Source: Octopus bimaculoides (Eukaryota). Taken from it: a DNA stretch of 38,136 bases. A program made the translations under genes and the position numbers. Location: NCBI RefSeq assembly GCF_001194135.2, contig NC_068992.1, forward strand, positions 44,509,257-44,547,392. The letters run 5' to 3'. Numbering within the stretch: position 1 is the stretch's first letter; each line of letters starts with the position of its first letter. This document shows, in pieces, positions 12,530 through 22,369 of the stretch. The notes below the pieces were generated by a model. That model was not told the origin of the DNA, did no database searches, and saw nothing but the letters and a program-made list of their open reading frames with translations.

Positions 12530-13660
12530 TCTGCAGCGCACACACTTCAGCTTTTTGTAGAAGAGATGCGTTCCACTTGCCAGGCGTTGCATTCGTTGTC
12601 AACACTCGCTGAATGCAGGACTGGGCATTCAGTGGCTGCTGATGTGCAGACATGCGTTAAGGCTACGACATTTCCAGCGCTTCCTTGATGGTGTGGTCAC
12701 TGTTTATTACACTCGTTTTTTCGACTGGGCTGCAGTCCTGGATCAAGTGTAGACTGAGGAAGGGCGCCTGGCACCTAGAATGTAGTCAACCACTCAGTCC
12801 TTTGTCAGAGGGCAATGCAGTCGGTGGAAATTCCACTTTGGCCTTCTGTAGTGTCAGTGGAGCAAATGAAGCAACGTTCTTGTGAAGACTGTGGGTGTCG
12901 ATGAGAATCAGCTGGCTGGTGTGTTCTGGAGGACTTTCTGGCTGGGGACTATAGATAATTTCCCAAAATCTCTGGTCTGGTAGTGCTACAGGGAAATATT
13001 GGTGGTTTGGGATAAACTTAGGAATGGAAGGACTGTCAGCTGGGATTGCTGGAGATATGCATTGAGTGACAAATCTGTTCTGTACACCCTCGTCCTGTAC
13101 CTGAGCATTGATAACTTGTGGGTGTATGTCAAACATCTGATGTCATGTGTAGGATGGAGCTGGCTTTTGATTGGGTCCATTGTGAAAATTATCTTGCTGC
13201 TTTCCTTTCACTGGGAAGAGCAGGCAATTTTTATCTCTCTGGTGTCCTTAACAAAAGAAGTTGTGTGGGCCAAATTGAAAAGACTGAAGACAGATACTTT
13301 GGCCAAGCACTTATCAATTTTTTCAAGTTTCACATGAACAGGAAGGTGAAGGTAGAGAAGAAAGTGCTGCCAGCCAGCAATTTTATTGATAGGTTGGTGA
13401 ATGTGGCAAGAATTATCTCAGTGAATGGGCTTACTCTAAACACGTACCAGTTGTTCCAGTGGCCAGGCAACTGTGGTCTTGAGTTCTCCACAAGGAACCC
13501 TAGGAAGTCACTCAATTCTGGGGGATATTTTGTTGTTAAAATTTATATTGTTATCATTTCTTACTGTTTACATGCTTCTATTTATGTAACCCCATACTGT
13601 ATTGTCCTGTACCATCCCTGATGTATTTTGCAAACCCTCAGGGGTGAATAAAGAAAACAT
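12530..13660 (+). mobile_element. 5'-truncated Tx1/L1-type LINE (ORF2 C-terminus and 3' UTR)
   Basis: Broken frames GLGIQWLLMCRHALRLRHFQRFLDG, WIKCRLRKGAWHLECSQ, decayed zinc-binding region, KEVVW, GQALINFFKFHMNRKVKVEKKVL; AATAAA near 13650. Confidence 0.75.
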
Positions 13661-13664
13661 TATC

Positions 13665-14313
13665 GTTATTCAGACAGTGAATTGCTGTCAGAATCGTTAG
13701 CATGTTGAATGAAAAGCTTAGTGGTATTTTGTCAGTCATCACATTCTGCTGAGGTTGTGTTTATCTTTCATCCTTTAGGGGTTGATAAATTAAGTACCAG
13801 TGAAGTGCTTGGGCCAATGTAATTGGCTTACCCCTCTCCGCAAATTTAAGACCTTGTGTCTATAGAAGAAAGGATTACTATTATTATTATTCTTCAGGCA
13901 GTGAGCTGGCAGAATCCTTTTGCTCCATTGGGCAAAATGCTTTGTGGCATTCCATCCGTGTTTACATTCTGAGTTCAAATTCCATTGAGGTCAGTTTTGC
14001 ATTTCATCCTTTCGGGGTTCAATAAAATAAGTACCAGTCAATCTCTTGGATTGATGTAATTGGATTATCTCCACCAAAATTGCTGGCCTTGTGCTAAAAT
14101 TTGAAACCATTATTATTATTATTAGGGTGGTGAATTGACAGGATTGTTAGCATGCTAGGCAAAGTGCTTTGTGATATTTCATCTGGTTTTACGTTCTGAG
14201 TTGAAATTCTGCCAAGTGTGACTTTGCATTTCATTGTTTCAGGTCACTAAAATACGTATCATTATGGCACTGGGATTGATGTAATGAAGTAACCCGCTAC
14301 CAAAATTTGAAAC

Positions 14314-14346
<33 letters not shown>

Positions 14347-14560
14347 GGTAGTGAGCTGGCAGAATTGTTAGTACACAGGGCAAAATGTTTAGTGGTATTT
14401 TGTCCATCTTTGCATTCCGAATTTAAATTCCACCAAAGTTGACTGCCTTTCATTATTTTGGGTTCAATGAAATAAGTACCAGGCGAGTACTGGAGTTGAT
14501 GTACTTGACTAACCCCTCCCCACCCAAATTTTAGGCCTTGTACCTATTATAGAAAGGATT
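13665..14560 (+). mobile_element. Head-to-tail array of four family A SINE-like monomers separated by (TTA)n tails
   Basis: Each monomer has gtgaattg/agctggcagaat..ttagc..aaaatgct..ttctgagtt.aaatt..ctttcatcc..aaataagtaccag..ggccttgtg and ends in attattatt. Confidence 0.85.
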
Positions 14561-14569
14561 ATCATTATT

Positions 14570-15004
14570 ACCGCGCCAGTAGAGCACTAACAGCACTGTC
14601 GAGCGTGTTCATTGCCACAGCAGCTGTCTGGCTTCCATGCTAGTGGCCCGTAAATAGCACCATTTGAGCGTAATCATTACCAGCGTTGCCTTCTAGCACT
14701 TGTGCTGGTGACATGTTAGAAAATCATTCGAGCAAGGTCGTTGCCAGTGCTCCTGTGCAGGTGGCACGTAAAAAAACACCTTTTGAGCGTGGCCGTTGCC
14801 AGTACTGTGTGACTGGCCCTTGTGTCAGTGGCACGTAAAAGCACCCACTACACTCTTGGAGTGGTTGGCGTTAGGAAGGGAATCCAGCTGTAGAAACTCT
14901 GCCAAATCAGATTGGAGCCTGGTGTAGCCATCTGGTTCACCAGTCCTCAGTCAAATCGTCCAACCCATGCTAGCATGGAAAGCGGACGTTAAACGATGAT
15001 GATG
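14570..15004 (-). mobile_element. SINE-like family B element with internal subrepeats
   Basis: Reverse complement starts atcatcatcatcgtttaacgtccgctttccatgctagcatgggttggacg, the same start as the copies at 28625 and 29535. Confidence 0.8.
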
Positions 15005-15100
15005 ATTCAATAATGGCTGTGTGACAAGATTATTATTGTTATTCAATAATGGCTGTGTGACAAGATTATTATTGTTATTCAATAATGGTTGTGTGACAAG
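15005..15100. repeat. 36-bp tandem repeat x about 2.7 (attcaataatggctgtgtgacaagattattattgtt)
   Basis: Read directly; the third unit runs into a SINE body at 15100-15275. Confidence 0.9.
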
Positions 15101-15346
15101 AAGTTTGCTTCCTACTAACATGGTTCTAGGTTCCAAATTCCACTGGGGTCAACTTTACTTTTTATCAATTCAGGGTCAATAAAATAAAGTACCAGTGAAG
15201 AAGTGGAGTTGATGCAGTCAACTATACTCCCCGCCCCCTAAAATTGTGTTTTGTGTCAAAATCTGAAACCACTATTATTATTAGTTGGTAAGACATGTAA
15301 AGACAAAGCAATTAAAAAGATACCATAGGATTTTTTAATAGGGAAT

Positions 15347-15596
15347 TTACAAAATGTGACACATAGTGAACCAGCCAGACATCCCTGGTGATGGATCAGA
15401 GGTTAGTTCTTCCTGCCATAGTTGTTCACTAGAATCCTCACTGATCTCGTCTTCACCACATTCATCAGAGAAGTCAGACTCATTATCGGAAAACTGGCCA
15501 GACATGGTCAACTTTGGTAGGTACCACACTGATACAACACTCAAGTCACTGGGGATCCTAGAAGAATAATAAACAATAGCATGAGGTGACTGAAAT
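15347..15596 (-). CDS. WD40 gene last coding exon 12 (acidic tail, ends SGWFTMCHIL*)
   Basis: Tandem acceptor (CT)n-CATAAG-CAG; open frame to TAA at 15347-15349; start could be 15599 if the proximal AAG is used. Confidence 0.85.
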
Positions 15597-16004
15597 CTGC
15601 TTATGAGAGAGAGAGAGAGAGAGAGAGNNNNNNNNNNNNNNNNNNNNNNNNNNNNNNNNNNNNNNNNNNNNNNNNNNNNNNNNNNNNNNNNNNNNNNNNN
15701 NNNNNNNNNNNNNNNNNNNNNNNNNNNNNNNNNNNNNNNNNNNNNNNNNNNNNNNNNNNNNNNNNNNNNNNNNNNNNNNNNNNNNNNNNNNNNNNNNNNN
15801 NNNNNNNNNNNNNNNNNNNNNNNNNNNNNNNNNNNNNNNNNNNNNNNNNNNNNNNNNNNNNNNNNNNNNNNNNNNNNNNNNNNNNNNNNNNNNNNNNNNN
15901 NNNNNNNNNNNNNNNNNNNNNNNNNNNNNNNNNNNNNNNNNNNNNNNNNNNNNNNNNNNNNNNNNNNNNNNNNNNNNNNNNNNNNNNNNNNNNNNNNNNN
16001 NNNN

Positions 16005-16062
<58 letters not shown>

Positions 16063-19000
16063 CACACTTGGAGGATGCCAGTTGTTTCCAAACTTTCAGT
16101 TCATATCCACCTGTGGACAAAAGTAAATTTCCAGTGGAGATTGAACCTCTACACCATGTAATACACTTGATCTGATTGGTGGCTTCATCATTCAGCGTAC
16201 CCAGGTAATCTTCACCAGGAAGTGAATGCACTGTAAAGGATAAAAAGTCAAATATTTAGAAAGATTTTGTCTATCAGCAGTTAAAGTATCTCTCTCTCTC
16301 TCTCCCTGCAAGGGTGCAGTGCTGGTGCCACGTACAAAACGTCCAGTACACTCTATAAAGTGGTTGGCATTAGGAAGGGCGTCCAGCCATAGATACCAAG
16401 CCAAATCAAAATGGCTCCTAGTGCAGCTCTGCTCAAACCATTCAACCCATGCCAGCATGGAAAACGGACATTAAATGATGATGTTTTGGCATGGTTTCTT
16501 CAGCTTAATACCAGCCACTTTACAGAGGGTATATATATCTATATATATACACACACGGGTATGTGTGTGTGTGTGTGTGTTTCATGACTATCTAGTTACT
16601 CCACACATACATACAAAACAAAAACAACAGTAACAAAATGCATTACTTATTAATAGTAATCATCACAACAACTAGAACAGTGCAAGCAATGAGACTGTAG
16701 TGAATTCCTGTTTTGACACTCCCATCATGAATTCCCCTCCTTGGTCATCTTCAAATATCTCTATCTCATTATATTTTTGGTCTTATGTCAACGAAAGTTG
16801 GTTGAAATGGTGGACACTGCTCACTTAGGTCCGCAATAGTACCCAATTACAGAATTTGTGAGAGGTAGGAGAGAAATATAGTGCTAGGGAGATAATCAGT
16901 CCAATATTCGATCATAATTCAGCATGAGGAATATATTGCCATGTTAAAGTGATATAATAAAGGGCCACAAAGGTTTGTTGATTTGCTAAAAATGTTAAGG
17001 ATGCCCCAATTCAATGTATTAAATGATTGGTAACAAAATTTCGCTGATTAGTCAAAAGTAAGTTGCTATAGTAACTGATGAAGAACCATTGCCGTCTTTC
17101 ATGATGCTGGAATAGCTACTGTTCTGTAAGCTTGTGTTTAAAGATAAAATGTGGACAGACAAACAGTTTCAAGAACTGGCAATTTTGAAGGGGGAATAAT
17201 TGGGGTAAAAGCCCCTCCGGTTTATGAAGGTATTCTGGTGTTGGTAAGTCGAGAAGAGTAGAATTAAATGTGACAATGAAACAACAAAGAGATATGATGC
17301 CACCCTACAATTACTACCTGCTCAGCCAAGTTACAATTTAGCAATAATTATCAAACTAAAGCAGAATTAGTGGCAAGAAATAGTTTCTTGTAAAAACATA
17401 TAAGACCACAGATCAAAGACATAGTTGATTGAGAGAAACCCAAATACAGGGGTGAAGGGGACGTTACAAAGTGAATTAACCCTTGAAGGTGAAGTGTGTG
17501 CAACAAATGGAATAAACCTCCAATATACTGAAGATGAATTAGGCCTAACAGATAGAACTAACCTTCAATAAACTGAAGGTGAAGGCACATAAGAGACGGA
17601 ATTAATTCTCAATATACTGAAGTTGAAGGTGAGTGGGGGGAGGGGGAGCATAACAAATGGAATTAACCTTTAATAAATTGAAGGGGAAAAGACAAAAAAG
17701 ATTAAGTTAATCCCAATGGTGAGGACCATAGTTAATGAAATTAACATTTCGTATATTGTTATATTTAAAACAGCAGGATGGAAGGGGAAGGTGGACCAGA
17801 AATTCAGAATATGAAGGGAAATAACTCCAAGACACCAATTAACTATTAATAATATTAATTATAATGTTTCTAGCATAGATACAAATTTTAAAATTTGGAT
17901 GAGGGGACAGTCAATTATATCAACCCCAGTATGTGACAGATACTTTATTTTATCTATCCCAAAATGACTAAAGGCAAAGTTGATCTCAGATGGATTTGAA
18001 CTCAATATAAAGGGCTGGAAGAAATACTGCAAGGTATTTTAACTGATCAATAATGATTTGGTTAATCCAACACCCATAATAACAGTAACCCTTTCTATTA
18101 TAGACAAAAGGCCTGAAATTTTGAGGGAGGGAGATAGTAAATTACAACAACCTCAGTGCATGACTGGTACTTATTTCAGTGACCCTGAAAACAGTGTTGT
18201 ATATAAAAAGTAAGTTGGCAGTAAAGCTGAATATAAAGTAAGAAATTATGAGAGTGAAAATATTCTTCATGATTACAATAATAAAACATGTAAGAAAATT
18301 AATTCATTAGTATATTGAAATATTAGGTTGGTGTAAAGGCAATGGCCAATTTTTTAGAGAAGTTTTAGATAGTATTTTTTAAAATTGTGCCTTTTGCAGT
18401 GTGTTAAGAATGTCACAATGAGTGATTTGTACATTTTTCTTTCAGATTCTGATTGTATTGGTCAAAATCTTCTGCTCTATTCACACCCATGTTCATCCCA
18501 TCGAAAGACCACATTAGACAAGTCTTACTCTATGAGTTTCATGAAGGTGTAAATGCAAGCACAGCAGAAAAGTCTCTTCAGAGAGTTTATGGGGATGATG
18601 TAGTGAGTGATAGAAGTTGCAGGAGATGGCTTTCTCATTTCAGAAGTGGGGATTTGAGTTTGAAAGATGAGCCAAAAGAAGGTCGTTCAGAACAACTTGA
18701 TTCCAAAGAGTTCGAGGCTGTTGTCACACAAAATCCAACCGCTACGTGTAAAGAATTTGCAAGACAGTTTAACATAGCCCATACAACTGTTCTGCACCAA
18801 CTGAAAAGGATTGGACAGGTTTCAGTGGTTGGAAAATGGGTCTCCAGAGAATCTGCAACAGCGTGTTGTTTGTTGTCAGTCATTGCTTTCATGCCATCTT
18901 AAGGAATCATTTTTAAGAAGGCTTGCTACAGGTGATGAGAAGTGAATCCTTTACCATAATGTTAAATGCCGCCAATCGTGGATCGGGTGAGGAGGATGAC

Positions 19001-22000
19001 CTGTTCAACAACCAAGAGGAGGACTTCATCCAAGGAAGATTATGTTGAGTGTATGGGGGGGATATTGAAGGAATTGTCCATTACGAACTGTCAGATAACA
19101 ATCAAACAATTACTGTTAATGTCTACTGTGATCAACTTAATTGTCTGAAAGCTGCTTAGTCAACAGAAAGGGTGTCATCTTCCACCATGATAATGCTCGA
19201 CCTCACACAACTTGATTGACCAAAGGTCTCTTGGAAAAGCTTGGTTAGGAAATATTGTTTCATCCTCCATATTCTCCAGACCTTTCCCCTTCTGATTATC
19301 GCTTGTTTCGGGGATTACAGAACTATTTCAATGGTCTTAAGCTGACATCAAGTGAATAGGCTGAAAATGAGTTGGATTTGTATTTCGCATCAAAACTTAA
19401 ACAATTTTACAAGTGTGACATTTATAAGCTTGTTGACAGATAGAATGAAGTTCTAGAAAGCAATGGAAATTATGCTAACCTATAAATATTGTCTTAATTA
19501 TGGACTTCATCATTTTTAATACAGATCTTCAAATGAGCCATTACCTTTGCACCAACCTGATACATAGGCTTTGTAGCTGGAGCCAACTGGTTAAAAGTCC
19601 AGTTTTTCCCTACTGTGTTATGTTATAAAGCAAGTTAGATAACTCTGTTTACGCTGAGTTGTCAGGCTGAAAAGTTTTGCCGCTCCTAATTTCAGAGTTA
19701 GGAAGTGACATGATCCAGCTGGGAGAAGACCCACTTGTCCATAAATGCATAACAAAATAAACTTTGAAATTGTTGTGCATACTTGTATATATATACAGAG
19801 ATGTATCCTTAGGCATATGTATGGAAGTGTGTGAATGTACATATGTTTGCATGTCTGCCTGTTCCTGCTGTGACTATCATACACAATGTATATAGTGAGT
19901 ATAGGATTACATTATACAATATATCTTCCAATTTTAAGTATGATCTGAGAAAGATTTAGATACCATTTGCAGCAGTTCAGGCAACCACAAAGGGGATCAG
20001 TCTTTGGCTCACAAATAATTGAATTAGTGCAGAAGGTGGAATCAAATGTGATTTGGAGTTGGCTAAAAAATTATTAAGGCAAGGTGGCAGAATCGTTAGC
20101 ATGCTGAGTAAAATGCTTAGCAGCATTTCGTCCTTCAGGACATTCTGAGTTCAAATTCTGCCAAGGTCGCCTCTGCCTTTTATTCTTTCAGGATTGATAA
20201 AATAAGCACTAGTTCAGCACTAGGTCAATGTAATTGACTTACATCATCCCTGAACTTGCTGGCCTTGTGCCTATAGTACAAAGGATGATCATTATTATTA
20301 TTATTATTATTATTAGTAAATAATCCCACTCTAGCTTCCCTCCTTGTCACTGACAGTATTACCTCCAGCAGTGGCTGTAACAGCATGGCCTGGCTCTTTT
20401 GCTGGATCAGTGAGATCTAGTGAGAGTGACTGTGAATACAAGAGGAGGAAATGAGAGAAGTCAGAGGACTGGTAAGAAAGAAGGAGAAGATTGCCAGAGC
20501 TGTGACCCCCAACCACTGACGATGTAAGATATTAGGAGATGCAGTGTGATATACTAAGGCACAGATACGAAAGGTCAGGGTCAAACATGTCCATGTGATA
20601 AAATACTTGAGAACAATATGGAAACAAAAAGCCTTCGTTAATAATGATAGGCAATATGAAACAGTGGATATGAGATTTCTCTCTGAAAGGAAGGAACCAC
20701 ACCACTGCACCAATTAAGTGAGGATTGCTTCATCAATTCTTTGCATATAAGCTAGTGAGTGTTGAAGGTGATGGTTGTAGAAGATGTGTTGCCAGAAATT
20801 AGTCACTGGTGGATGGTATTTTGAGTAATGAGAAAGATGTTTGTCATACAGAAGACATTAAAGAGAACTGGTTAGAGAGAGACATGAAACTTCTCATAAA
20901 TGAACCAGAAGAGTATGCCTGATGTGATTCAGCAAACAGTACATGAGTGTTTGTGGCCTGTTATTTGCACCAACCCCTTAATTGCTTCTTTTTTTTTTGC
21001 TTATATGGGGAAAAAGCCTGCAATGACAAAACCATTAGCAACAGAAAATCTCAAAGCAACAACAGAAACAAATACCACAACTGAAAAAAAATTTTCCATG
21101 GCCATAACCCTGTTATGATATGTAGGAGCACAATCTATCTAATGTAAAAACTGGGATATGTAAGAAATCAGTATTTCAAGATGGCTGAAGTAGGGTGGTA
21201 AAGAATGTAGTCAACAGAAACAGAATATGAATATACACACCATTGATGTATGCAAGGCCTTTATCAAGGTCATATGCAGAAGAATACAGGGTGTCTTGGT
21301 GACAGAAGATGGCATCGGTGACTCCAAATTTCTCTGTATGGTTCAAGAGTTTTGAAACAATTGCTAGAAAAGAAGACATCAAGTTTAGATAAAATTTTTA
21401 TGACAATTCTGGAGAGAATTACATAGAGAATTATATATATTCTGTAGAGAATTATAAGGTATAAAAGAAAATAGGGACTGATTCTGTTTGGATGGGAGAG
21501 GAGTGGTCAGGTTGTATAAGAGACTGTTTCACTGGGGCATAGTTGATTGTTGTTTTAGACCGAGAATATTACTGGTACATTTATCTAGTCATTACAGATA
21601 TATGAAAAATAAAATTAACACTGACTGAATTTGAAGCCAAACATGTAAAGACGGATGAGGTGGGGATGACATGGGAGGGGAAAGAAAAGATTGACAGAAG
21701 GGTGAACACACACACACACACACAATCTACTTACATATACACAATATCAAGATCAAATACCAGGATGTATTAGACACACAGTTTATAGGTTATGATGATG
21801 ATGATGATAATAGCCACTAACTCACCTTTTTTCCAGTCAACAACCTTAATATTGATGCCATCATCTCCATAGAAAATTTTGTCATTGACCACAAAGAAAG
21901 ATCTAATGTTTCGCTGACAGACAGGAGTGAAGTTGGCCAAATGAAGGTCACTTGATTCATACATACATCGCAATTTCTTCTTCTGCCATTGATGGACTTT

Positions 22001-22327
22001 AATTATTCCTTCTGATGAACAACTATAAATGTAATTATTACACACCTGTAATAATTAAAACAGCACTTCATAAATTGTTAATTAACTGTGGTCTGATATA
22101 TTTCAATTATTCCTTAGCATGAACACATATAAATGTAATTATTACACACCTGTAATGATTTAAAATTTTGGCACAAGGTCAGCAATTTTGGGGGAGGGGA
22201 AAGTCGATTACATCGACCCCAGTGCATAACTGGTACTTATTTTATCGACTCTGAAAGGATGAAAGGCCAAGTCAACCTTGGCTGAAGTGGAACTCAGAAT
22301 ATAAAGATGGACGGAATACCACTAAGC

Positions 22328-22369
<42 letters not shown>

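Noticed and set aside
15334-15339. ATTAAA just after the stop codon as the poly(A) signal
   Set aside because: Possible, but a common hexamer in AT-rich DNA, and the CpG footprint hints at a longer unit; cannot be called without 3'-end data.
15347-16231. Single 294-aa ORF
   Set aside because: It is exons 11 and 12 read through the (CT)n intron and gap; the poly-SL stretch is intronic.
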